Shown: piece by piece, positions 37,241-46,416 of the stretch
Layout: every line of letters starts with the position of its first letter
Position numbering within the stretch: position 1 is the stretch's first letter
From: Patescibacteria group bacterium
GTDB lineage: Bacteria; Patescibacteriota; Minisyncoccia; 2-02-FULL-40-12
DNA: 64,000 bases
Direction: 5' to 3'
Assembly: GCA_038063995.1 (NCBI GenBank)
Contig: JBBTUA010000007.1
Location: 5,219 to 69,218 of the forward strand
Program-made: the position numbers and the translations under genes
Notes under the pieces: generated by a model
Database searches by the model: none
Seen by the model: only the letters and a program-made list of their open reading frames with translations
Told to the model about the DNA's origin: nothing

Positions 37241-37990
37241 ATGACTGAACAATTGATCGGTGTGTTGCCGGGCGAGGTGCTTGGCACGCTGGCGGACATC
37301 ATGCTGAAGCTCAAAAACGGCGGCATCACGCCGGACGAGCTCAAGCGGTTCGCTAAACGGGAGAATCCGTTCGACGGAATGCCGTCGGCGACGAAAGTCC
37401 AAGTCGGTTCGGTCGCCCGTTCCGTCGATGAATTCGTGGCCGAGTGGGGCAATTTTTACCGTGAAATCGGCATCGAAGTTGATCTCACAGGCCTTCGAGT
37501 CCCCGAGCGGCGCGAAGGTTTTGACCGGCTCATTGTGGTGGCCAAAGGAATGAGTCCAGAGCGAGCTTATCAGAAATGCCTCGAGCACTTCCGATGCTGG
37601 AAGTATGTCGGAGACCGGAATCTCGACGAGAGCGTATTCGACATCGATTGCCTGGAACGCAAGTACCGCCGATCCGACAACGAAACCTACGCCGTGTGGG
37701 TGCGCGACCGCGAGGAAGCTGACCAGGAATTGAAGAATCGTTCGGCCAACGATCTGGCGGTGGCCAAGATTTCCGGCATCACCCTCGAAGCCCGTGAGCT
37801 TTACGAGCTCAAGTACTTCAAGGAGACCGGAAAGCACCTTGACCGCTACAACTGGACGCTTTGCGCGGGTTCGCGGAGCGTCGATGGCCGTGTGCTGAGG
37901 TCCGGCTGGAACGACGGCAGGTTCTTTCTGGGCTGGTACGATCCCGTCGGCGCCCACGGCGTTCTTCGCTCCCGTGAAGCAGTTTCGTAA
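37241..37990 (+). CDS. GC-rich hypothetical protein; candidate DGR target (VR-like 3' end)
   Basis: 249 aa; last 45 nt upstream of stop (37934-37978) align to TR-like 38358-38402 with 11 mismatches, 9 at template adenines; Trp/Gly/Asn-rich C-terminus. Confidence 0.6.
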   Translation: MTEQLIGVLPGEVLGTLADIMLKLKNGGITPDELKRFAKRENPFDGMPSATKVQVGSVARSVDEFVAEWGNFYREIGIEVDLTGLRVPERREGFDRLIVVAKGMSPERAYQKCLEHFRCWKYVGDRNLDESVFDIDCLERKYRRSDNETYAVWVRDREEADQELKNRSANDLAVAKISGITLEARELYELKYFKETGKHLDRYNWTLCAGSRSVDGRVLRSGWNDGRFFLGWYDPVGAHGVLRSREAVS

Positions 37991-38023
37991 CCTTGTACCT
38001 TTTTTCTTGTAACCTTTCTTCTG

Positions 38024-38072
38024 CAGCCACACTCTAAGGAGGTGATTTCATAGAGTGTGGCTGTTTTGTTTT
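38024..38072 (+). terminator. strong hairpin / terminator downstream of ORF A
   Basis: CAGCCACACTCT .. AGAGTGTGGCTG (12-bp perfect stem) followed by TTTTGTTTT. Confidence 0.7.
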
Positions 38073-38262
38073 CCGAGAATTTATAATAATATAAATGGCT
38101 AATATAACCGGCCCCTAGCGGTATCGGTTTGCCTATCAAAAACGAAACTGCTTGCCTGGTTTTTGTGAAGATTTCCATTTTAAGATGGGATGCTTCTTGA
38201 AAAATTCCGATTGAGATAATCGGCTAACCCAGATAATCTTGAAAAAGATTATCGGTGATTTG

Positions 38263-38440
38263 GATGAAATCAGGCAAAGAAACGGGTTCGCGGAATTTCG
38301 ATGGCAACGTGCCGGGCGTGAACTGGAACGGCAACAACGACGAGATGAAGGTGAATTGGTACAATCCTGACAACGCCAACGACAATCTCCGCTCCCGCGA
38401 GAAGTCTCGAAGAAGAAATCCCGCCTAGTCGCGGGATTTC
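38263..38440 (+). other. DGR template-repeat (TR)-like adenine-rich element with 3' hairpin
   Basis: AAC-rich segment (aactggaacggcaacaacgacgag..gacaacgccaacgacaat) read through by a 54-codon ORF; GC-rich hairpin GAAATCCCGC ctagt GCGGGATTTC at 38415-38440; sits about 100 nt upstream of the RT fragment. Confidence 0.55.
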
Positions 38441-38543
38441 TATTTTTGATTCAAATACTTTATCCAGCCGTTGGTCATTCTGGAGATTTCCTGCAAGTCA
38501 GAATCGAATTCAAGATATTTGTTTTTAATTAAACCAATGCAAC

Positions 38544-38948
38544 GTGACAAGCCAGTTGTTCGCCAATATCTATCTGAACGAACTTGATCAATTTGTAAAG
38601 CATAAATTTAAAATAAAATATTACATCCGTTATTGCGACGATTTCGTAATTCTTGGCGAAAATAGAAACGATTTATTTTTGATGGCTGAGAGAATCAATG
38701 GGTTTTTCAAAGAAAGTTTGAATTTATCTCTTCATTCTGACAAGATAATCATCAAGAAGTATAAACAAGGCATCGATTTTCTCGGATATGTAGTTTTGCC
38801 TTATCACCGCGTTTTAAGGACGAGAACAGAAAGAAGAATATTCAGAAAAATAAACAAAAATAATAATCAGTCCGTTCAATCTTACTTAGGCGTTTTGAAA
38901 CACTGCAATAGTTATGAAGTCAAAAAGAAACTGTTAAAAATATTATGA
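38544..38948 (+). pseudogene. reverse transcriptase C-terminal fragment (motifs 4-7), DGR-type
   Basis: N..TSQLFANIYLNELD (motif 4 with the SQ typical of DGR RTs), YIRYCDDFVIL (YxDD), GIDFLGY; frame opens at a GTG after a stop at 38526, so motifs 0-3 are missing. Confidence 0.75.
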
Positions 38949-39709
38949 TCATCGACGGCAGAAAAATCGCTCAAAAAGTCTTTCAACAAGTTCAGGAGAA
39001 GTTTTTAGAGATTAAAAAGCCGTTGCGGTTAGCCGCAGTTTTGGTGGGTGGCGATCCGGAGCTGAAAAAGTTTTTGGAACTCAAAAAGAAAAGGGCCGAA
39101 GAAATCGGCATTGGATTCAGGATATACGAATTTTCAGAAGACATTGATAACAGCCGGCTGGAAAAAGAATTAAATGATATAGCGATGAACCCGGACATCC
39201 ACGGAATCATTATTGAATTGCCTTTGCCTAAACATTTAGATACTCAAAATATTTTAAATATCATTCCAGAAGAAAAAGATGTTGATGCATTGTCGGGTAA
39301 AAACAAAGTTTTGCCTCCGGCCGTTGAAGCGGTAAGTCAGATTTTTAAAGAATACAAAATTGATCCAAAAGGCAAAAAAGCGGTAGTTTTCGGTCAGGGT
39401 CTTTTAGTCGGAAAACCGGTCAGTCATTGGCTTGCTATTCAAGGAGCGCAAGTTTTAATAATTGATGAATTTACGGAAAATCCGGGGGAATTTTCCAGAG
39501 AGGCCGATATAATAGTTTCCGGAGTCGGACATCCCAATCTTATAACCGGCGATATGGTAAAAGACGGTGCAGTAGTGATTGATTTCGGCAAAGATGTTGA
39601 TTTTGAAAATGTTTCGAAAAAGGCTGGTTTGATTACTCCGCCAACAGGCGGAGTCGGGCCGATAGTCGTAGCCGCGGTTTTAAAGAATCTAGTCGAACTA
39701 TGGAGCTAA
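38945..39709 (+). CDS. folD: bifunctional methylenetetrahydrofolate dehydrogenase/cyclohydrolase
   Basis: MIIDGRKIAQKV ... TPPTGGVGPIVVAAVL; ATGA-overlapped with the RT fragment. Confidence 0.75.
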   Translation: MIIDGRKIAQKVFQQVQEKFLEIKKPLRLAAVLVGGDPELKKFLELKKKRAEEIGIGFRIYEFSEDIDNSRLEKELNDIAMNPDIHGIIIELPLPKHLDTQNILNIIPEEKDVDALSGKNKVLPPAVEAVSQIFKEYKIDPKGKKAVVFGQGLLVGKPVSHWLAIQGAQVLIIDEFTENPGEFSREADIIVSGVGHPNLITGDMVKDGAVVIDFGKDVDFENVSKKAGLITPPTGGVGPIVVAAVLKNLVELWS

Positions 39710-40170
39710 TAATTATTTTTTTAGCTAAATATTTGCCCTATATTCTGTTGGCTGTTTTTTTTGTTTTATTTTTGAAGAAAATAAATTGGAGCTTTCTGTT
39801 TGTTCCTTTGATTTCCGCTTTGATTTCAAGATTTGTTTTTACCGAACTCATCAGATTTTTTTACTTCCGGCCGCGGCCGTTTGTAGAACAGGGGTTTGTT
39901 CCTTTATTTGAGCACGATCCGACTGCTTCTTTTCCTTCGGGACACGCCGCGTTTTTTTTCGCCTTATCGGCCGGAGTTTATTCGTTTAATAAAAAAGCCG
40001 GACTTTGGTTTTTCGCGGCTAGTTTTTTAGTAGGTTTTGCCAGGTTTTTAGCGGGAGTGCATTATTTTTCTGATATTTTAGGAGGGGCAGCCCTTGGAAT
40101 TTTTTCTTTTTGGCTCGTAGAATTTTTAATCGTTCGTTTCTTTAAAAAGACGGTTGATATAGAAAATTAG
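39700..40170 (+). CDS. PAP2-family membrane phosphatase
   Basis: PSGHAAFFFA and SRFVFTELIRFFYFRPRP PAP2 motifs. Confidence 0.7.
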   Translation: MELIIIFLAKYLPYILLAVFFVLFLKKINWSFLFVPLISALISRFVFTELIRFFYFRPRPFVEQGFVPLFEHDPTASFPSGHAAFFFALSAGVYSFNKKAGLWFFAASFLVGFARFLAGVHYFSDILGGAALGIFSFWLVEFLIVRFFKKTVDIEN

Positions 40171-40224
40171 AACAACTTTTATCTTCTTCATAAAATGCAG
40201 TATTCTTGAATTAGTCCGAACGCA

Positions 40225-40312
40225 TTTCGCCGCCTGCGGCGGCGAGAAAGTCCCCCCGCCTGCGTGGCCGAAGCCACTTCGGCGAGGCGAAGGCCCGCGA
40301 AAATTCGGAAAG
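40225..40312. repeat. GC-rich hairpin repeat cluster (cgaagccacttcg family)
   Basis: CGCCGCC tgc GGCGGCG; CCGAAGCCACTTCGG; the same GCGAAGCCACTTCGC core recurs at 13897-13925. Confidence 0.55.
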
Positions 40313-40362
40313 GTGGCGGAGCCGCACGAATGACAATTTCAAGTTTTTCTTTGGCGGCATAC

Positions 40363-41124
40363 TTACTTAATCAAGCCGGAAACCTTGTAAAATATTTTTC
40401 CCTGAATACTTGATTTAGTGATAGGTCCAAAACTGCGAGAATCAAAACTCTTTGTGCGATTATCGCCCAGAACAAAGTATTGATCTTGGTTGAGGGTTAC
40501 GGAACTATCCGGTAATGTTTCGCCATTATAATAACTTTCATTTAACACCTGCCCATTTATGAGAACTTTACCACCTTTTATATCAACTTTTTCTGAAGGC
40601 AATCCGATTATTCTTTTGATTAGAAAAGAGCTTGGTTGCTTTTCGGTACGAAATATAACCACATCACCGCGAGCGAAATTTTTATCAAATTTATTTATCA
40701 AAAGATAATCGCCATTGTTGTATGTTGGGCTCATCGCTTCTCCACTTACAGCAAAAGGTTCAAATACATAGAGCCGAGTAGGAATTACAACAACTAAAGA
40801 AACGATGATGCCAACTATTCCAAACACAACGTAAATTCCTAAAGATTTTTTCCAAGAGCTAAGATAATACTTTTTGAGAAAATAATGAAAAGCAAAAAAT
40901 GAAGCAACTGTAACAATAATATTAGATAGCAAACCTAAATTTATGATACTAAAAATTATTCCAACAATACCACCGGCGATACCAGAAAATATTAAAGTTT
41001 TAACAGAATTTTTATATGTTGGATTTTCTATCTTGAATAATTTTTCTACCCACACCAAAATACCAGCTTCCGCTAGGAATGTTATTATTGCTAGAATTAT
41101 AACCCCTAAAATGAGTAGTGCCAT
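40363..41124 (-). CDS. lepB: signal peptidase I with extended N-terminal membrane domain
   Basis: IKRIIGLPSEKVDIKGGKVLINGQ and GDNRTKSFDSRSFGPI S26 motifs. Confidence 0.8.
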   Translation of the reverse strand: MALLILGVIILAIITFLAEAGILVWVEKLFKIENPTYKNSVKTLIFSGIAGGIVGIIFSIINLGLLSNIIVTVASFFAFHYFLKKYYLSSWKKSLGIYVVFGIVGIIVSLVVVIPTRLYVFEPFAVSGEAMSPTYNNGDYLLINKFDKNFARGDVVIFRTEKQPSSFLIKRIIGLPSEKVDIKGGKVLINGQVLNESYYNGETLPDSSVTLNQDQYFVLGDNRTKSFDSRSFGPITKSSIQGKIFYKVSGLIK

Positions 41125-41183
41125 AAATTATTTATTCGACTTAATGATTAAAAAATTTTCTTTTCTTCTTTCTCCTAAAACAT

Positions 41184-41226
41184 GGTTCGAGCCTTCGCTA
41201 AAGCTATGGATGGGCACAGCGAACCG
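41184..41226. repeat. cgaag/cttcg-family repeat copy in the lepB-toxin intergenic region
   Basis: GGTTCGAG CCTTCGCTAAAGCTATGGA .. CGAACC. Confidence 0.6.
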
Positions 41227-41273
41227 ATATTTTTAACGGGTTCTTTTACAGTTTTGATGTCCATAAACCTTAT

Positions 41274-41531
41274 TTAGTAGGTGCTACTCGTGCGTCGTTT
41301 AATTTCAGAAACGTAAATAATCTTTTTATCTCCGTAGACCTCATAGAGAATTCGATATGAGCCAATGCGTCGTCGCCAGGCGTCTTTTTGCCCTTCAACT
41401 TTTTCAATATCTCCGGCATAAGGGTTATACTGTAATTCTTTTAATGTTTCTCTGATGCGGTCAGCGTCTTTTCTCGAGATGCGTTTAAGGTATTTTTTGG
41501 CATACCCATCAATGAGTACCGTCCAATTCAT
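41274..41531 (-). CDS. RelE/ParE-family type II toxin
   Basis: 85 aa; overlaps the upstream small antitoxin-like gene. Confidence 0.55.
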   Translation of the reverse strand: MNWTVLIDGYAKKYLKRISRKDADRIRETLKELQYNPYAGDIEKVEGQKDAWRRRIGSYRILYEVYGDKKIIYVSEIKRRTSSTY

Positions 41532-41739
41532 TTTCTAATTCTTCAAGAGTTATGTAGTTGCCTTTAGCCAAATTTTTTCGTCCTTTTGCCAGCGTTTTTA
41601 GTTCTGTTTTGGTTGGTTTAAAAGCTTTGGTTGATTTGACTCTTTTTAGCCAAGTCAAAAACTCTTTGTAGGTACTACGCGGGACTGCTACTAAGTCCCC
41701 GTTTTTTTGCAGTTTATTTGGAATAGTTATAGTTGGCAT
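41509..41739 (-). CDS. putative antitoxin partner of the RelE/ParE toxin
   Basis: 76 aa; promoter-proximal, 23-nt overlap with toxin gene. Confidence 0.45.
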   Translation of the reverse strand: MPTITIPNKLQKNGDLVAVPRSTYKEFLTWLKRVKSTKAFKPTKTELKTLAKGRKNLAKGNYITLEELENELDGTH

Positions 41740-41790
41740 GACTTTATAATAACTTTTTCTTTAAAATAAGGCAAGATAATTTAAAACAAA

Positions 41791-41874
41791 TGCCGAGAGA
41801 GGGAGTCGAACCCTCAAGTCCTTGCGGACGACTGATTTTGAATCAGTTGCGGTTGCCAATTTCGCCATCTCGGC
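41791..41874 (-). tRNA. tRNA-Leu (anticodon CAA)
   Basis: reverse complement: acceptor GCCGAGA/TCTCGGC, anticodon loop TTCAAAA, long variable arm, T loop TTCGACT; 84 nt. Confidence 0.8.
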
Positions 41875-41935
41875 TTATGATTGTCAAATTTCAAATCCAT
41901 TGTATCAAAATTTTCAAAGATTTACAATTAAATTA

Positions 41936-42712
41936 ATGGCACGAGTTATAACAACTTGGAATCAAAAAGGAGGGGTTGGAAAATCTACTACTTGTGTGAA
42001 TCTTGGGGCATATTTTGCTGCCCTTGGCAAGCATGTTCTTCTTGTTGATTTGGACTCTCAAGCGAATCTAAGCGCCGGTCTCGGAATAAAAATAGCAAAA
42101 GACCAGTACAGCATTTATCACGCTCTTGTCGCCGACGTTGAGCCGGGCGCTCTTGTCAAAAAAACATCTATTTTCAATCTTGATATTTTACCATCTTCTG
42201 AAAGTTTAGCCGGAGCCAATGTTGAGCTGGTCGGATTTAAAAACCGCGAGCTCCAGCTTAAAAAAGTTTTAAGCAAGATAAAAGACGACTATGATTTCGT
42301 TTTGATCGATTGCCTTCCCTCGGTCGGGGTATTGAGCATTAATGCCTTGGCCGCCTCGGATCATATTTTAATTCCTGTCCAAACCGAATTTTTCGCCTTA
42401 TCCGGTTTGGAAGAACTTCTTACAGTGGTAGATTTGGTTAAAAAATATTTGAACCCCGAACTTAAAATTCTGGGAATCGTTATGACGATGTTTGATAAGA
42501 GAAGCCAGTTGAACAGAGATATTTTAAACCAGGTCCATAAAAGTTTTCCCGGCTATGTTTTCAGTTCTGTAATACCCCGCCAGATCTCTTTTGCCGAAGC
42601 GCCGTCTTACGGGAAAAGCATTCTTCAGCACGATCCATATTCAAAAGGAGCCCGGGCTTACCGCAATCTGGCTCTGGAAGTTTTATCTAAAATTTTTCCG
42701 AGTCCAGTTTAA
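41936..42712 (+). CDS. parA: ParA/Soj-family partition ATPase
   Basis: Walker A WNQKGGVGKSTT; start set at internal Met because the annotated 5' end overlaps the tRNA. Confidence 0.85.
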   Translation: MARVITTWNQKGGVGKSTTCVNLGAYFAALGKHVLLVDLDSQANLSAGLGIKIAKDQYSIYHALVADVEPGALVKKTSIFNLDILPSSESLAGANVELVGFKNRELQLKKVLSKIKDDYDFVLIDCLPSVGVLSINALAASDHILIPVQTEFFALSGLEELLTVVDLVKKYLNPELKILGIVMTMFDKRSQLNRDILNQVHKSFPGYVFSSVIPRQISFAEAPSYGKSILQHDPYSKGARAYRNLALEVLSKIFPSPV

Positions 42713-42717
42713 ATAAA

Positions 42718-43077
42718 ATGAAAGCTAGGGGATTAAAAGCTTTGATTCCGACAAAACCCAGAGTTAAACCTAAAAGAAAAAAGGAGAGCGTTTATTATGT
42801 AGAAATAAAAAAGATCAAGGAAAAGCCTGAAGATATGAAAAGAATTCTAGACCAGAAGATTTTGGAAGAAATGGCTGATTCAATCAGAAAGTACGGAGTA
42901 GTCCAGCCGCTTATTCTGGCTAGGGTTGAAAAGAAAAAGAGAAGAGGTATAAATGTGTATTACGAGCTTGTTTCCGGAAAAAAGCGGCTCATCGCTGCAA
43001 AAGAAGCGGGATTAAAAGTGGTTCCCGCAGTAATCAAAGCCTTACCGAAACAGAATGATAAAAATCTCAAAATCTAG
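42718..43077 (+). CDS. ParB N-terminal-domain-only protein
   Basis: 119 aa; VVQPLILARV and LVSGKKRLIAAKEAGLKVVPAVI ParB/Srx motifs; no DNA-binding or dimerisation domains. Confidence 0.6.
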   Translation: MKARGLKALIPTKPRVKPKRKKESVYYVEIKKIKEKPEDMKRILDQKILEEMADSIRKYGVVQPLILARVEKKKRRGINVYYELVSGKKRLIAAKEAGLKVVPAVIKALPKQNDKNLKI

Positions 43078-44488
43078 GATATTTTTGATTCTGATGTTTG
43101 GATTTATCTTGGGAGTCGGCGCTGGCTCCTTTTTTGATATATCTCAAAGAGCAATTTTGATTTTGGCTATTATAGCGACTTTGTTTTTAACGGTATTTTA
43201 CCGGCGAGGCTCAAGGATTCTGAATTCAAAAATAGCTTTCGCCGCAGTTGTTGCTTTGTTTTTCCTGGCCGGTCTTTTGCGGTTTGAAGTTTTGGAATCG
43301 CAGTCTAAAATCCTGACCAATTTCAATGATATAAACGCGGATATCAAAATACTGGGTTATGTAAATGATGAGCCGCAAAGATTAATTGATAAGCAAAGAT
43401 TGGTTGTTCAAGTTAAAGAAGCAAGAGTGCCGGGCTACGCGGTTTTTATGGATGAAAAAGTTTTAATAACGGCTAATTTGTATCCGGAGTTTGAATACGG
43501 CGATTTTATCTTGGTTGAAGGGAAAATTCAGAGCCCCAAAAAATTTGATAATGATTTTGATTACGCCGCATATCTGGCCAAAGATTCTATTTTTTCATTG
43601 TCGTATTATCCGAGAATCGTGGAAATCTCAAAAGCCGAATTTTTAAGAGAGCCGATGTCCAAGGCAGAAAGTCTGAAGATTTCGTTATTCAGAAAAATAT
43701 TCGCGTTCAAAAAAGATTTTGAGGAATCAATTGAGAAAGCTGTTGCTGAACCTAATGCCTCTCTGATCAATGGCCTTCTTCTCGGTTCGCGGGAAAGCAT
43801 TCCCCAAGATTTGAAAGATGCCTTTAACAAAACCGGGACTACTCATATTTTGGCTATCTCCGGCTACAATATAACGATTATCGCGCTTTATATTTCAGCT
43901 TTGCTTTTATTTTTCATACGCCGGCAGAAGGCTTTTTGGTTTGCGATACTGGCCATAGCTTTATTTGTTATTCTTACCGGTTCTTCTCCTTCGGTTGTGA
44001 GAGCGGCGATTATGGGAAGTCTGGTTTTGCTGGCTTATCGGGAAGGCAGATTTTACAGCGCGTCTAATGCCGTTATTTTTGCCGGGGCAGTGATGATTTT
44101 TTTAAACCCAAGAATTTTGCGTTTTGATTTGGGGTTTCAGCTTTCCTTTCTCGCCACCCTCGGCCTGATTTACATAGCTCCTAAAGTGAAAGAAAAACTG
44201 GAAAAAGTTCCGGAGTTTTGGACTTTCAAGGAGAATTTTATTTCAACGGTTTCCGCCCAGGCCGCGGTTCTGCCCCTGATTCTTTATCAGTTCAAAAGTT
44301 TTTCTTTTGTTTCTTTGCCGGCTAACTTTTTAATTCTGCCGGCTGTGCCTTTAACAATGCTTGCCGGATTTTTAACCGGAGTTGCGGGATTGATTTTCCC
44401 ATGGCTTGGCCAGATTTTCGGCGCGGCGGCCTGGCTTCTTTCGTCTTACGAGATTCTTGTAATAAAGTTTTTCAATTTGTTCGCCTGA
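43055..44488 (+). CDS. comEC: ComEC/Rec2 competence channel (membrane domains only)
   Basis: DUF4131-like N-terminus plus competence domain (HILAISGYNITII). Confidence 0.8.
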   Translation: MIKISKSRIFLILMFGFILGVGAGSFFDISQRAILILAIIATLFLTVFYRRGSRILNSKIAFAAVVALFFLAGLLRFEVLESQSKILTNFNDINADIKILGYVNDEPQRLIDKQRLVVQVKEARVPGYAVFMDEKVLITANLYPEFEYGDFILVEGKIQSPKKFDNDFDYAAYLAKDSIFSLSYYPRIVEISKAEFLREPMSKAESLKISLFRKIFAFKKDFEESIEKAVAEPNASLINGLLLGSRESIPQDLKDAFNKTGTTHILAISGYNITIIALYISALLLFFIRRQKAFWFAILAIALFVILTGSSPSVVRAAIMGSLVLLAYREGRFYSASNAVIFAGAVMIFLNPRILRFDLGFQLSFLATLGLIYIAPKVKEKLEKVPEFWTFKENFISTVSAQAAVLPLILYQFKSFSFVSLPANFLILPAVPLTMLAGFLTGVAGLIFPWLGQIFGAAAWLLSSYEILVIKFFNLFA

Positions 44489-44495
44489 CTTTTTT

Positions 44496-45362
44496 ATGCC
44501 GTTTCGTCAAAAATTAATCCTTGGCTTCGCTTTCTTTTTGATTTTTTCGGTGACTTTAGGTCTTCTTTTATGGCTCGCTAAAGACCAGGAATTAAAAATC
44601 TATTTTTTCGATGTCGGCCAGGGGGATTCGATACTCATTGAGACGGAAAATAAAAAGCAGATTTTGATTGACGGAGGTCCGGATAATTCAATTGTGAAAA
44701 AACTCCCCAAAGCAATGTCTTTTTGGGACAGGACCATTGATTTAGTCATCCTTACTCATCCGGATAAAGATCACATCGCCGGCCTTTTGGAAGTTTTGAA
44801 AAGGTATCAGGTCAAAGGAATAGTTGAAACCGGAGTTAAGTGCGAAAAGCCCGAATGCCTGGTTTGGGAGAATTTAAAAAATAGAGAAGAAGCAGTTATT
44901 GTCTCGCCAAAGCTTGGGGATTCAATAACCTTGGATGAAAATACAAAAATTTTGATCCTCCATCCCTTTGAAAAAGTTTCCGGAGAATATTTTTCAAAAG
45001 CAAATAATACTTCTATCGTGGCCAAACTTACTTACGGAGAACACAAATTTTTATTCACCGGTGATATTGAAAAACAGGTTGAAGAAAAACTGGTCTTGGC
45101 CGGAGTAGATATTGATTCAGACTATTTAAAGACGCCGCATCACGGAAGCAAGACCTCGAGCACGGAAATTTTTCTTGATGCGGTTTCGCCTTTGGCCGCT
45201 TTTATTTCTTTAGGTTTGGATAATTCTTACGGGCATCCTCATAGGGAAGTCACGGAACGGCTTGAAAACAAAGACATAAAATATTATCGTACTGATGCCA
45301 GCGGAACTATTTTATTAAGGTGTAAATTAAACTCGCTATGCCAAGTAGAAACACAAAATTAA
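44496..45362 (+). CDS. MBL-fold metallo-hydrolase (ComEC C-terminal domain as a separate gene)
   Basis: LTHPDKDHIAGL, TPHHGSKTS metallo-beta-lactamase motifs. Confidence 0.8.
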   Translation: MPFRQKLILGFAFFLIFSVTLGLLLWLAKDQELKIYFFDVGQGDSILIETENKKQILIDGGPDNSIVKKLPKAMSFWDRTIDLVILTHPDKDHIAGLLEVLKRYQVKGIVETGVKCEKPECLVWENLKNREEAVIVSPKLGDSITLDENTKILILHPFEKVSGEYFSKANNTSIVAKLTYGEHKFLFTGDIEKQVEEKLVLAGVDIDSDYLKTPHHGSKTSSTEIFLDAVSPLAAFISLGLDNSYGHPHREVTERLENKDIKYYRTDASGTILLRCKLNSLCQVETQN

Positions 45363-45973
45363 AAAAGATGGCTGAACTTTTGGCCGACCCCAAACATCCT
45401 AGAGAGGAAAAAACTTTGGTTTTGATAAAACCGGATGCCGTGAAAAGGGGGTTGATCGGTGAAATAATAAAACGTTTTGAAACGCGGGGGCTTAAAATTA
45501 TAGGCCTGAAGATGATTCATGGAACTAAAAAAGATTTTGACAGGCATTATCCCAGAGGCAAAGAATGGATAACAAATTTAGGGAACAGAACCGTAGAAAC
45601 TTATAAAAAATACAATTATAACTTGAAGAGTGATTTCGGAAGCGAAGATCCTTTTAAAATCGGCCAGATTTTCCGCAACTGGCTGACTGATTTTATGTCT
45701 TCCGGCCCGGTGGTCAAGATTTTAATAGAAGGCGTGCATTCTATTGATGTTGTCAGAAAAATCGTCGGCGACACCCAGCCGCATTTTGCCTTGACCGGGA
45801 CAATCAGAGGAGATTTCAGCGTTGATGCCGCTGCTGCGGCAAATAAGTCTGGCCGGGCAGTCCATAATTTGATTCATGCTTCCGGCAATAAGGAAGAGGC
45901 CAGAAACGAGATAATGCTTTGGTTTAACCCTGACGAGGTCTGCGATTACAAAAGAGTTGAAGAGTTGATTTGA
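45338..45973 (+). CDS. ndk: nucleoside diphosphate kinase (long form with insertion)
   Basis: TLVLIKPDAVKRGLIGEIIKRFE .. NLIHASG active-site region. Confidence 0.7.
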   Translation: MPSRNTKLKKMAELLADPKHPREEKTLVLIKPDAVKRGLIGEIIKRFETRGLKIIGLKMIHGTKKDFDRHYPRGKEWITNLGNRTVETYKKYNYNLKSDFGSEDPFKIGQIFRNWLTDFMSSGPVVKILIEGVHSIDVVRKIVGDTQPHFALTGTIRGDFSVDAAAAANKSGRAVHNLIHASGNKEEARNEIMLWFNPDEVCDYKRVEELI

Positions 45974-46031
45974 ATTCAACGGCTAAACGGGTTTAGCCGT
46001 TTAAAAACAAATACGCCATCCGGATGGCGTA

Positions 46032-46103
46032 TTTGTTTTTTATCGGGCTGTCCGGAATTGAACCGGAATACCTGGACCCCCAGCCCAGTGTAATAACCTT
46101 TAT
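46032..46103 (-). tRNA. tRNA-Pro (anticodon GGG)
   Basis: reverse complement: acceptor CGGGCTG/CAGCCCG, anticodon loop CTGGGGG, T loop TTCAATT; 72 nt. Confidence 0.7.
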
Positions 46104-46321
46104 ACGACAGCCCGGAGCGGAACCTCCTTTATTTTTTTGATTTTTGATTCTTTATGTAAAGTCTTAATGCAATCAGTGCAGATTTTCATTCTCTTTCCGT
46201 TGACTAAAGCCCACTGAAGATTCGGCTTCTGGCGGTAAATTTTTGTCGGATTATAATGGCCGCGAAGAAGTTTTCGCTTTATCGCTTTCATTGGTTTTTT
46301 CCCACAGCGCGGACAACGCAT
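46100..46321 (-). CDS. rpmB: 50S ribosomal protein L28
   Basis: CPRCGKK .. NPTK .. PNLQ .. NGKRMKICTDCIK matches the bL28 pattern. Confidence 0.65.
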   Translation of the reverse strand: MRCPRCGKKPMKAIKRKLLRGHYNPTKIYRQKPNLQWALVNGKRMKICTDCIKTLHKESKIKKIKEVPLRAVV

Positions 46322-46325
46322 AAAA

Positions 46326-46362
46326 TTAGAATATAGAATTTAGAATAGAGAATATAGAATAT
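46326..46362. repeat. AGAATATAGAA-family repeat
   Basis: TTAGAATATAGAATTTAGAATAGAGAATATAGAATAT between rpmB and M50 protease. Confidence 0.65.
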
Positions 46363-46416
46363 TAAAGATTTAAAGGCCATTTTACAGAATACATTAAAAA
46401 TGATATTTTTTCAATA

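Noticed and set aside
37106-38032. 308-aa minus-strand ORF (and 37818-38178 minus ORFs) antisense to ORF A
   Set aside because: It lies wholly inside a GC-rich region, where long stop-free antisense frames arise by chance. It has no promoter or RBS context, while the plus-strand ORF has a promoter, RBS, terminator and the DGR-related 3' end.
38070-38262. Searched for an avd-like gene between target ORF A and the TR-like element
   Set aside because: There is no ORF of adequate length. Only an AGATAATCTT/AAGATTATCT hairpin is present. The only Avd-family gene in the window is at 49499-49846.
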